Below, in pieces: positions 23,885-36,525 of a stretch of 64,000 nt of DNA; position 1 is the first letter of the stretch, and the number at the start of each line of letters is the position of its first letter. This DNA comes from Chiloscyllium plagiosum. Lineage: Eukaryota. Under the pieces are notes generated by a model. It did not search any database. It had not been told where the DNA came from and saw only the letters and a program-made list of their open reading frames with translations. The translations under genes and the position numbers were made by a program. Location of the stretch: assembly GCF_004010195.1 (NCBI RefSeq), contig NC_057720.1, positions 91,839,695 to 91,903,694 on the forward strand. The letters are read 5' to 3'.

Positions 23885-24197
23885 TAGATTAGATTACATT
23901 ACAGTGTGGAAACAGGCCCTTCGGCCCAACAAGTCCACACCGACCCGCCGAAGAGCAACCCACACATACCCCTACATTTACCCCTTACCTAACACTACGG
24001 GCAATTTAGCATGGCCAATTCACCCTAACCTGCACACCTTTGGACTGTGGGAGGAAACCAGAGCACCCGGAGGAAACCCACGCAGACACGGGGAGAACGT
24101 GCAAACTCCACACAGTCAGTCGCCTGAGGCAGGAATTGGACCCGGGTCTCTGGCGCTGTGAGGCAGCAGTGCTAACCACTGTGCCACCGTGCCGCCC
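23885..24197 (-). mobile_element. HE1-type SINE, young full-length copy
   Basis: CpG-rich near-consensus copy ending GCTAACCACTGTGCCACCGTGCCGCC, with an (AATCT)n tail on the minus strand. Confidence 0.9.
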
Positions 24198-24201
24198 ATA
24201 A

Positions 24202-25397
24202 TGTGGGTATGCTCACCGAGCTGGGAAGTTGATTTGCAGACATTGTTATCCCTTGTCTAAGTGACATCTTCAGTGCACTGCGACTCCTGTGAAGCGCTGT
24301 TGTGCTGTGTCTTCTGGAATTTATTTGGTTCCATTCCTGCTGTTTCCAGTTACTGGTTCCTGATGGTCATTGCAGTGGTCGGTATATTGGGTCTCAGTCA
24401 ATGTGTTTATTGTTGGAGCCCATGGATGATTATCATGCCTCTAGAAATTCTCTGGCTGCCGTCTGCTGAGCTTGTCCTGTTATCATAGTGTTGGTCCAAT
24501 CGAATTTGTGGTCCCTGTCATCTGTGTGCATAGCTATTCGGGACAGCTGCTCATGGAGTTTACTGGCTCGTTGTTGCTCATGGATATGGATGGCTAGTTG
24601 TCTGCCTGTTTGTCCGAGGTGTTTCGTGCAAACATTGCATGGAATCTTGTAAACTACATCTGTCTTTCTCTCCATGGGCCTTTTGTTCTCATGAGTCATT
24701 GTCTGAGCGTGGCTGTCAGTTTCTGGGCAGTTTATGAGTGGATGGAGAAGTCTAGCTGTCAGTTTTGTGATGTTTTTATATAAGGTAGCGTAGCTAGTGA
24801 GTTAGGTCATTGCATTTCCTCATCACGTTGTTTGTCTCTTAGGCATCTGTGGATGAAGTTATGGAAATATCTGTTCTTGGCAAAGTCTTTGTAGAAGTGT
24901 TCTTCCCTTTGCAGGTCGGGAGTGCTGCAGTGTGTTGTAGCCCTTAGGAACAGGGGCCTAATGCAGCTTCTCCTGTGTGTGTTTGGGTGGTTGCTGTTGT
25001 CATTCAGGATCTGGCTTTTCTGTCCACTTTTGTTGTGCATTCACCATTCTGTGCTCTTTCTACCATCACTTCCAAAAGTGGGATTTGGTTGTTAATTTCT
25101 TCCTCTTTTGTAAATTTGAGCCCTGAGAACATGGTGTTGATAATCCACTGTGTGTTCTCGATCTCTGTTCTCTTTATTATCATAAAAGTGTTGTCCAAGA
25201 ATCTCATCCAGAATTTGGGTTGGATTTGTGGGATGGCTGTTTGTTCTAGTCTTTGCAACAGCGCTTCCCAGGAGGCTCCAAAGCCCTGAAGGTATCACCT
25301 AAACAGGGGATGAAACGTCTGCAAATCAACTTCCCAGCTCGGCCGAACACACCCACAACCATGGCAACCAGCACCCGAGCTACAAATCTGTGCGCCA
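24202..25397 (-). mobile_element. Penelope-like element, degenerate RT + GIY-YIG, with inverted terminal repeats
   Basis: QPKFWMRFLDNTF (YVDD-like), EEINNQIPLLEV and DVVYKIPCNVC; 24202-24275 is the reverse complement of about 25285-25357. Confidence 0.88.
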
Positions 25398-25897
25398 NNN
25401 NNNNNNNNNNNNNNNNNNNNNNNNNNNNNNNNNNNNNNNNNNNNNNNNNNNNNNNNNNNNNNNNNNNNNNNNNNNNNNNNNNNNNNNNNNNNNNNNNNNN
25501 NNNNNNNNNNNNNNNNNNNNNNNNNNNNNNNNNNNNNNNNNNNNNNNNNNNNNNNNNNNNNNNNNNNNNNNNNNNNNNNNNNNNNNNNNNNNNNNNNNNN
25601 NNNNNNNNNNNNNNNNNNNNNNNNNNNNNNNNNNNNNNNNNNNNNNNNNNNNNNNNNNNNNNNNNNNNNNNNNNNNNNNNNNNNNNNNNNNNNNNNNNNN
25701 NNNNNNNNNNNNNNNNNNNNNNNNNNNNNNNNNNNNNNNNNNNNNNNNNNNNNNNNNNNNNNNNNNNNNNNNNNNNNNNNNNNNNNNNNNNNNNNNNNNN
25801 NNNNNNNNNNNNNNNNNNNNNNNNNNNNNNNNNNNNNNNNNNNNNNNNNNNNNNNNNNNNNNNNNNNNNNNNNNNNNNNNNNNNNNNNNNNNNNNNN
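25398..25897. other. Assembly gap of exactly 500 N (probably an unsized scaffold join)
   Basis: Round length, identical to the gap at 55107-55606 and unlike the irregular gaps (653, 759, 474 N). Confidence 0.8.
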
Positions 25898-27858
25898 TGG
25901 ATACTGTCCAGTCCATTGGAACTCTGTCAAAGTCTACAGAATGCTGGAAAATGTTCACTAATGTGTCCACAATTTCTACACCACTTTCTAAAGGACTCTG
26001 AGTTGCAGAGCATCAGACCCTGGGGAATTACAAATTTTGATACCGTTAGTCTCCACAATACCACATCCCAACTTATAAGGATTATCTTCAGCTCCTCCTT
26101 CACACTTGACCCTCTATCCCCTTGCATTTCCTTTCAATAGGATGTACATCCTTGGATATTTAGTTCCCAGCCCTGATCCCCTTGCAGCCACGTCCCTGCG
26201 CTACAGGCTCATTTACCTTGTTTCATATACCCAGTGCATCTAAGTATAACACCCTCAGTCATGCACTGACTGCCTCCTTCTCATAGTTACCTCCGTCAGA
26301 AATCATAGAAACCCTACAGTGTTGAAGCAGGCCATTCAGCCCAGTCTGAACCTCCAAAAAGTATCCCATCCACCCTTCAATTCCCATAGATAATCCTCCT
26401 AACCTACACATCTTTGTGACAATGAGAGGAAACCCAAGTAGACACGGGGAGAATGTGTAAATCCCACACAGACAGTCAGTTGGAATTGAGTCTGTGTCTC
26501 CGGGGCTGTGAGACAGCAGTGCAAACCACTGATCCACCATTCCACCCTGCGGTGCCTCAAGTTCAATTCCTGATCCTTTCCATACTCTCCATCCTATTAC
26601 ATGGTCTGGACACTTTCATAAATTCTCATGAGCCCCTACCTTCCTTATTTCCCTTGGTTTGTGTGGTACCACTTTGTGTACTTTATTCCAAATGGTTCGT
26701 GCGTTAAAAGACAAAGCTTTTACGTTTGTTCTATTGTTGAGCCTCCCTGCACTTTTAAGTTTCCTCAGTACAATATGACATTCACAATATTCTGTCCCTT
26801 CCTTTTATTTCCTGGTAACAATCAATCCCATCACTACCCAGTAATCCTCCCTTCTCCTTTACCATCCATTTTCTCATTTTTCATTCAACTGTTCCAGTTA
26901 TTTTCTCTTTGAATCGTATTTCAGGCTGATATTTATCCCTGAACAAACATCACTCAAAATGTTCCTGGGTTCATTGTTGCTTGTGGGATCTTGCTGTGTA
27001 CAATCTGGCTTCCACATTTCCTGCATTCCTTCAGTGAGCACATTTCAAACAAGTCCCACACTGTCTGCAAATGTCTTGGGGACAGCATGAATCTTTCTTT
27101 TCTTTGGATGAACTGGGAGTCTTTCAGATGTGAAAGATGCTGTTCCAATATTGCACAGTCCTCCTTCTGAACTACAGTTTCTGCTTTGTCCCTCTCTTTT
27201 GTGAAAATAGATGGAAAGTTTTCTTGAGGAACCATTGCTCCATCTTTCACCACCGCACACAAGTTCCCTTCCTGCTCTCGAATGGGCCTCATACATTCCT
27301 TCATTCTCTTCTTGTTCTTTCTGTGATTATAAACATCACTGGGATTTCCTTCACTTCATTTGGACACATCTCATCCTGTCAGCTCTTTGCTTTCCTCAGG
27401 TCCTGGTTAATTTCACCCCTGCATTTTGTTTTTCAGCCCACTTTTACCCAATCGCTGCCCAGTTCAGTAAAATGGTTTGTTCCCAAATGAAAACTTTTAC
27501 ACTTGCTCCATGATTCTCCATTTCCATCCCTCCTCTCAATCTCACTGAGTTCTGATCACTGTCACTGAAATGCTCCCCCATTGATAGCCCTTCCAGCTGC
27601 CCACATTCATTCCCTAAACAATAGTCTAACACTGTCCCTTCTCTTTCACCATCACCTTCTCAGGGGCAATTAGGGATGGGCAATAATGGCCAGTGACACC
27701 CACATCCCAAGATGCACTTTGAACAATGCCTGTTCTTTTATGGGGTGTGATAGGTATTGGATACAAATGTTCAAAATGGATTGTTTTGCCAGTTCATGTT
27801 CAGAGAGTTGAAATCCCTTTGAGTGGCAGAGATTAAAATTGTTTCTCTTGTCTTTCAG

Positions 27859-28187
27859 GCCGTGAGAACTCTCAGCCCAAGCTGACCCTGCTGCCCCCCT
27901 CCCCGGAGCAGGTCAATGCCAAGGGCACTGCCACCCTGGTGTGCCTTGCCAATCACTTCTATCCCGATGAGCTGGAGGTGCAGTGGAAGAAGGACGGTGC
28001 AGTCATTTCGGACGGGGTTCAGACCAGCAACTACCTGCGAGCTTTGGACAGCACCTACAGTGTCAGCAGCCTGCTGACCCTCTCTGGGTCTGACTGGGAG
28101 TCCAACGCTCGCTTCTCCTGTGCCCTCACCCACGTGACCCTCCCCTCTCCCCTCAGCAAGAGCATCAGGAGATCAGAATGTGTATAG
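27859..28187 (+). CDS. IGKC: Ig kappa (NS4-like) constant exon, copy C2
   Basis: Acceptor TTGTCTTTCAG ends at 27858; 329-nt intact exon with the canonical FYP motif; I count 10 nucleotide differences from C1. Confidence 0.95.
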
Positions 28188-29221
28188 AGTGTTTGAGACA
28201 GTCCACAGAGGAGACATAACTTTAAATAGAACAGGGCTGAGCTGGCAGGACAAAGGTCATTGTCAGCACTGTATTTCAACTCTCTTCCTTCTTGGGACTG
28301 GCTCAGAGACACGTCTGAGGTTCAGGGGTTAAGGCAGGTCAGTGGGACAGTGTAAAGGAGATTTAATTTGTATCTAACCCTGTACTACCTCTGTTCTGGG
28401 AGTGTTTGTTGGGGACAGCGTTGACTTGTGAAGTCAAGTAAAACTCCTCAATACTGAAGACTGTCAGCTGTACAAAATCAACGTGAACCTCAGAAGTCTC
28501 TGCTTCAGTAAACCAGATCTCCTTCCTGCTTCGCTGCCAATTCCAATTTAAGGTTCTGTCACTGTTTAAAGGGACAGGATTCTCTTTTTTTTTGACTAAA
28601 TCTCCACCAGTGTTTGCCTCAAGCTCCATTGTGGCTGTGAATTTGAGCAGCTTCCTCTGTCTGGGCTGTTAATTGCAGTCTGTTTTCTGTCAATGTCAAT
28701 CTGGAAAAGGGAATAAAGATGAAGAAGATACAGTTTCTGTCTCTGAGTGCTTTGTATATAGACTGCTCCAGCCTCAGCTGATTGGCTACGTTTCAGCAAA
28801 TGGTTGTCATGGCTGGCTGCTTGGATGGTCAATCAATGACACATCAGCTAAAGACTGGATTTGAGCCAATCTTCAATCATTTTCAAGAGATCCCTTCAAT
28901 CTGGAATCTGTCAAGTTGACAAGATTCTAAACAGAACAGAAACTGAAATCTGCTGGGGCCCAATCATTCCAATCTGAGGCATTCCCTTTTCACTCTGTTG
29001 GTCCAGACCCAGCTGGTGGGATCGCACTGAGCCCACTCTGCTGCTGCTGAGTCACATTTCAAATGAGCTGGGGCCAATCACAGATGCTGGAGGCTTCAGT
29101 CATTACATTCATTTCTCCCACCTTAGCCTGTTCCTCACAGTGACAGCTCAAAGCTGAACTGGGTGACAACTTAGCTCAGAAAGAGGATCAGTCAGAATCT
29201 TACATCATACATGACTGTCTG

Positions 29222-29421
29222 TAGGTGTGTGTCCCTGAGTGTGGGTGTGACTGTTACCCAGTTAATGTCTTTAGGTGTGTGTCCCTGAGTGTGGGTGTGA
29301 CTGTTACCCAGTTAATGTCTGTAGATGTGTGTCCCTGAGTGTGGGTGTGACTGTTACCCAGTTAATGTCTGTAGGTGTGTGTCCCTGAGTGTGGGTGTGA
29401 CTGTTACCCAGTTAATGTCTG
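29222..29421 (+). repeat. 50-bp minisatellite, 4 units
   Basis: Same unit as 13621-13770 with one extra copy. Confidence 0.95.
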
Positions 29422-32400
29422 TGGATTTGCGTCTCAGCTTTCCTGCATTTCATAGAGTCTCAGAATCATAGAGATGGACAGCACGGAAACAGACCCTTCG
29501 GTCCAACTCACCCATATCGACCAGATGTATGAAACTAATCTAGACCCATTTGCCAGCACTCGGCCCATATCCCTCCAAACCCTTCCTATTCATACACCCA
29601 TCCAAATATCCTTTAAATGTTGTAACTGTACCAAACTGCACCACTTCCTCTGGCAGCTCATTCCATACATGNNNNNNCCCTATCCGTGGCGCTCATGGTT
29701 TTATAACCCTCTATAAGGTCACCCCTCAGCCTCCGACATTCCAGGGAAAACAACCCCAGCCTGTTCAGCCTCATCCCATTGCTTAACAAAAACAGCAACA
29801 CTGGTAACATTCTTGTCAATCTTTTCTGACCCCTTTCAAGGTTCACAACTTCTTTCCGATAGGAGGGAGACCAGATTTACACACAACATTCCAAATATGG
29901 CCAAACTAATGTCCTGTGCATCCACAACCTGATCTCCCAACACTTGTATTAAATTCTGACTGATAATGGAAAGCATACCAAATGGCTTATTCACTATCTT
30001 TTCAACCTGTGACTCTAATTTCAAGGAACTATGAACCTGCACTCCAAGGTCTTTTCGTTCAGCAACACTCCCCAGTACCTTACCATTAAGGCACGGTGGC
30101 TCAGTGCCTCAGTGATTAACACTGCTGCCTCACAGTGCCAGAGCCCTGGTTCAGTTCCAGCCTCGGGTGACTGTCCGTGCGGAATTTGTACATTCTCCAT
30201 GTGTCTGCGTGGGTTACCGCCCATAGTCCAAAGATGTGCAGTTTGGGGAATTAGACATGCTGAATTGTCAAATGTTCAGGCATATATACGTTAGGTTCAT
30301 TAGTCAGGGTTAAATGTAAAGGACCAGGGTAGGGGAACGGATCTAGATGGGTTACTCTTCAGAGGGTCGGTGTGGACTTGTTGGGCCAAATGGCCTGTTT
30401 CCATACTGTAGTAATTCCATGCTTAAGCATCTAAATCCTGGCCTGATTTGACTTTCCAAAATACAGCACCTCGCATTTATCTAAATTAAACTCCATCTGC
30501 CACTCATCGGCCCATTGTGCTCTGTGGTAACCTTCCTCACTGCCCACTACATCTCCAATTTGGTGTCATCTGCAAACTTACTAACTATACCTCCTATGTT
30601 CACATCTAAATCATTATGTCAATGACAAAAAGCAGTGGACCGAGCACTGATCCTTGTGGCACACCACTGATCACAGGCCTCCAGTCTGAAAAGCAACCCT
30701 CCTCTATCACTCTCTGTCTTCTACCTCCAAGCCATTTATATATCCAAGTAGCTAGTTCTCCCTGTATTCCATGTCATCTAACCTTGCAAACCAATCCACC
30801 ACAAGGAAACTTGTTGAATGCCTCACTGAAGTCCATATAGATCATGTCCACTGCTCTGACATCATCAATCATCTTTGTTACTTCTTCAAAAAACTCAATC
30901 AGGTTAGTGAGTCATGATTTCCCAGGTACAAAGCCATGTTGACTATGCTGAATCAGTCCTTGTCTTTCCAAATACATGTAAACCCTGTCCCTCAGGACTC
31001 CCTCCAACCATTTGCCCACCAACTATGTCAGGCTCACCGGTTCCTGGTTTTTCCTTACCACATTAGCTAAACTCCGATCTTCCAGCACCTCACCTGTGAC
31101 CATCGATGATATAAATATTTCAGCAAGTGGCCCAGCAATCACTTCCCTAGCTTCCCACAGAGTTCTGGGGTGCACCTGATCAGGTCCCAGCGATTTATCT
31201 ATTTTTATGCATTTTAAGACATACTGCACTTCCTCCTCTGTAATATGGACATTTTTCAAGATGTCACCATCTATTTCCCCACATTCTATATCTGCTGTGT
31301 CTTTCTCCACAGTAAACATTGACGCAAAGTACTTGTTTAGTATCTGCCCCATCTCCTGCAGTTCCACACATCTTTGAGAGGCCCTATTCTGTTAATTATT
31401 ACTCTTTTGTCCTTAATGCATTTATAAACTCCCTTTTGATTCTCCTTAGCCCAATTAAGCAAAGCTATCTCATGTTCCCTTTTTGCCATCCTGATTTCCC
31501 TCTTAAGTAGGAGGAGTTAGCAATTCTGGAAAGTGTGAAAATATTTAAGTCCCCTGAGCCGGATGGGATTTATCCAAGGATTCTCTGGAAAGTGAGGGAG
31601 GAGATTGCTGAGGCTTTGGCATTGATCTTTATGTCATCATTGTTGACAGGAACAGCGCCAGAATATTGGAGGAGAACAAATGTAGTCCCCATGTTCAAGA
31701 AGGGGAGTAGAGACGACCCTGGTAATTATAGACCAGTGAGCCTTACTTCGGTTGTGGGTAAAGTGTTGGAAAAGATTAGAAGAGATAGGATTTATAATCA
31801 TCTAGAAATGAATAAGTTGACTAGGGATAGTCAACACGGTAGATTGGGCCTCACAAACCTTATTGAATTCTTTGAGAAGGTGACCAAACAGGTGCATGAG
31901 GGTAAAACGGTTGATGTGATGGATATGCACTTCAGTAAGGCATTTCATAAGTTTCTCCACAAAATACCGAGGCATGGCATTAAGGGTAATTTAGCGGTTT
32001 GGATCAGAAGTTGGCTAGCTGAAAGAAGACAGAGCGTGGTTGTTGATAGACAATGTTTATCCTGGAGTTCAGTTGCTAGTGGTGTAACGCAAGCATCTCT
32101 TTTGGGGTCACTGCTGTTTGCCATTTTTATAAATGACCTGAATGAGAGCATAGAAGTGTGACTGAGTAAATTTGCAGATGACACTGAGGTTTGTGGAGTT
32201 GTGGATTGTGCTGAAGGATATTACAGCCTACACAGGGACATGGATAAGCTGCAGAGCTGGGCTGAGAGGTGGCAAATGCAGAGTTTAATGCAGAAAAGTG
32301 TGAGGTGATTCACTTTGGAAGGAGCAACAGGAATAAAGAGCACTGGGCTAATGGTAAGATTCTTAGTAGTGGAGATGAGCAGAGAGATCTCTGTGTTCAT

Positions 32401-35400
32401 GTCCACAGATCCTTGAAAGTTACCACCCAGTTTGATAGGATTGTTAAAAAGGCTTATGGTGGGTTAGCTTTTATTGGTAGAGAGATTGGGTTTAGGAGTC
32501 ATGAGGTCATGCTGCAGCTGTACAAACTCTGGCGTGGCTGCAATTGGAGTATTGCAAACAGTTGTGGTCACCGCATTAAAAAAAGGATGTGAGAACTTAA
32601 GGGTTCAGAGGAAATATACTAGGATGTTGCCTGGGAGGGAGGGAAGGCCTTATGAGGAAAGGATGAGGGACTTGTGGCTGTTTTTGTTACAGAGAAGAAG
32701 GTTGAGAGTTGTCTTAATTGAGACGTACTAAGATAATCACAAGGTTAGATCGGGTGGACAGTGAGAGCCTTTTTCCTCAGATGTTGAGGGGACATAGGTT
32801 TAAATTGAGGGGTGATAGATATAGGAGAGATGTCAGAAGTAATTTATTTACTCAGAGACTAGTAGGGGCATGGAATGCACAGTCTGCAACAGTAGCAGAC
32901 TCGCCAACACTAAGGGCATTTAAATGGTCACGGGATACACATATGGATGAAAATGGAATAGTGTAGGATAGATGGGCTTTAGATTGGTTCCATAGGTCGG
33001 CACAGCATCGAGGGCTGAAGGGCCTGTACTGCGCTGTCATGTTCTATGTTCTATGTTCTCGACCTGACATTGCTCACCACTGCCCTCTCCAGGACAATTA
33101 GGGAAGGACAACAAATAGCAGACAAATCAAAGCTTGCCCCATTCCAGGGGCCATTCCCAAAGAAGGGCTCATGCCCGAAATGTCGATTCTCCTGCTCCTT
33201 GGATGCCGCCTGACCTGCTGCGCTTTCCCAGCAATGCATTTTCAGCTCTGATCTAAAGCATCTGCAGTCCTCACTTTCTCATTCCCAGGATAAATCAAAA
33301 TAAATGGCATACAATTCAAATGATTAAACTGGTGAGGCTTAAATCCATCTCTTTGAAACACTGGAGCCTCGGCCATGACATGGGTGAACCTGCATTTTCC
33401 AGATTGCAATTGGAGTGCCCTACGGATCAGGCACAAAATGAATTACACTCAAAGACCGAACAAACGGCTACCAAAGTGTGTCAGCAAACTGCAATAAACA
33501 GCAATTTGTCAGGAAGAACTCAAGAGAAAGCCATTAGTGGGTGTAAGAGGGTAAGACAGACAAGAGTCAGATGTCATTGAATGCACCATAAATGTACTAA
33601 AGCTGTTGGGATAGAGCAGGGCAATGGGATTAATTTCATTTTTGCATTGAGAGCTTTCCTGGTTGTAATGACTCAGAACTTTAAAGGATGAAGTGTAGCT
33701 CATATTGTAAACAATGTACTGCAGTGGGCAAGAAAGGATGTTGAGCAACATAAATGCTTAAAATTGGGAAAGAAAATCGGAAAAAATGAAATGGGAAAGG
33801 CCAATGGGATTTTGGAATGAATATTGAGAGTGAGGAGATGGAGGGGAGAGTGGCCAGGACAGCTGTACTGAAGAATGGTTAGGTCACATCTGGAATATGG
33901 TGTACAGTTATGGGCTTCTATGAGGGGCAGTGCAGAATGGGACAGGGTTAGGGGGTCTAGGTTACAAGGAAACGCCAGAACAGGATCTCGAGGAGGGAGG
34001 GAGGGTATTCTGATATTCAAAACATCTTAATGAAATCGACACAGTAAATGTAGATTTACTGTCAATGTCGGCAAACAGAAAGGCAGGTACAGGAAGGAGA
34101 TCAGGAAAAATATTTTGATGTAGAGATTGGAATTTAGTGAGTGCTGGTAAACTGAGTCCTCCATTCAAAATGGGACAGAATTACTCCTTGGAATTTGAAC
34201 AGGTCTGAAGCAAAAGAGCAAATTAGGATCAAATAGTCATTTGAGAATTTTGAACTGAAAAATGCCTGGTTTATGAAGCTTTTCATTTTGCCCTAATCAG
34301 GATAATTGTAAAAGTACCAATCAAAGGGGAAAAACATGACATTTATATTGCATATGAGGAAAGTGCTGATCGGTTGAGGTGTTGTAACTATGAACACGTC
34401 AGTTTAAATATTATTTTCCTCTGCTGTGGCATTTCTTGTAAATTGTCCAAGGCAAAAAGCTTCAACAAAATGATTTGTTTTTTGCAACATTCAAATTAGG
34501 ATCAGTTTGGAGAGAAAGAATGAACATGGAAATGTATTAGTTAACAATGAAAATTGGTCTAAATTCAGCAGAGACCAGGATAGCTTCAGCTTGAACTTAA
34601 TACTGGAACTATCAGGTGAAATTTGACCACTGCAATGATTTAACCACCTTCCACCAGTTTGATTGTTTGAATTGTCCATCAGTTATGTTGATTACTCCTA
34701 GGATGGGGACAGCGTTGACGTGTCTGCTATTTATTGCCCTTCCCTAACTAGCCTGGAGAGGGCAGTGGTGAGCCATGAGTTTCTCGAAGAAGATCTGACA
34801 GAGGGACAAGATCATGTGCTGGGCCTGAGAACAGCTGTCCCTCAGGAGATTGAGGTTTCTCACAAGGGAAAATCTGGGAGTGGTGGAAAGGCATAGGCAG
34901 ACCGGCTAGGCTGCAGAGGGCAGAACCAGTTTCGACGAATGAGCTGATATCCTTCCGAGCTGAGTTGCAGACTCAGGCTTTCAGGGCCGCACAGCTTGCA
35001 CTGTTACTGACCATAGCTCCATGATTGATGAGGCCTGCCCCAGGAGAACATCCACAGAAAGCTGCCTCCTGTGTGTCTGATGTGTCTGTGTGTCTCTCAG
35101 ACATGACTGAGCAGGCAGCAAGGGTTTCAGCAACAACAAAGGTGTTACACTAGTGCCCCTCCCACTTTCACCCATCAACTTTACAAACTCCTTCTGGGGA
35201 AAGGGCTCAGCACCTGCTATCGCCTGCTTTAATGTCCCACACCCCACCTCGAGACAACAGACCCCACTGCCCCCGTCCCCACCACCTGTTCACCATCTCT
35301 CTCCTGAAGGTATTATCTCTGGCTGGGGAAACATCTCTAGCTTCCCCAGGTGGTCTCATTCCTCCAAGTGTGGGCTGGGATGGGGAAGCAAGGCAGGCTA

Positions 35401-36438
35401 TTGGACCGGGAGATGTCAGCCTGGCCTCAGTGGGAAGCACTCTCCCCTCAGACTGAGAATGTAGCAGACTGGGGATGAGTCATTGGGAAATGCAGGGTTA
35501 CAGGGATAATGTAGTGGTTTGGATCTGGGTGGGATGCTCTTCGGAAGATTGGTGTGAACTCATTGGAGTGAATGGTCTGCTTCAACACTGTACAGATTCC
35601 ATCATTACATGATTCTATCTCTGAAGCAAATTATCCATGCAGAGAGAGCCATACTGTCAGAGGGTCAGTACTGAGGGACTGCCACACTGTCAGAGGGACA
35701 GTGCTGAGGGAGTGCCACACTATTGGAGGGTCAGTACTGAGGGAATGTTGCACTAATGGTGGATCAGTACTGAGGGAGTGCTGCACTGTCAGAGGGTGAT
35801 TACTGAGGGAATGCCACACTGTCAGAAAGTCAATATTGTGGGAGTGCTGCACTGTCAGATAGTTCATGCTGAGGGACTGCTGCACTGCTGGTGTGTCAAT
35901 ACTGAGGGAGTGCAACACTGTCAGAGGTTCAGTGCTCAGGGACCATCTTTCAGATGGGATGATCTGATGTCTGCCCTCTCAGGGGCAGTAGAAGATGCCA
36001 TGACACTATTAGAAGAGCAGAGCAGATCCCCATGGTGTCCTGGTCAATATTTTAAAAATATACCTTTTAAAAAATACCTGGATGAGCACCTGAAATATCC
36101 GAACATTCAATGCTTTGGGCCCAGTTCTGGAAAGTGGATGGAGAGTAGATTTAGTTTTGCCTTGGTGGGACAGACATGATCGGATGAGGGACCTCTCCTA
36201 CACTGTATGATTCTCTGATTCTGTGAAACCTCTGGCTGATGACCACGTACTGTCCTCCCTCGGTTGATGAGTCAGTCTCTCCTCCATGTTGAACAGCACT
36301 TGGAGGAAGCCCTGAGGGTGGTGAGGGCAGGAATGTACTCTGGGTGGGGGACTTCAATGTCCACAATCAAAAAGGAATTTTAAAAACATTGGGTTTGTTG
36401 GGTATTGGATACAAATATTCAAATGATACTTTTTCCAG

Positions 36439-36525
36439 TCCAACGCTCACTTCTCCTGTGCCCTCACCCACGTGACCCTCCCCTCTCCCCTCAGCAAGAG
36501 CATCAGGAGATCAGAATGTGTGTAG
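36439..36525 (+). pseudogene. IGKC: Truncated Ig kappa C (3' 87 nt only), second copy
   Basis: SNAHFSCALTHVTLPSPLSKSIRRSECV* fused directly to C-upstream intron sequence (TTTTCCAG|TCCAAC). The 3' UTR follows up to the gap at 36782. Confidence 0.9.
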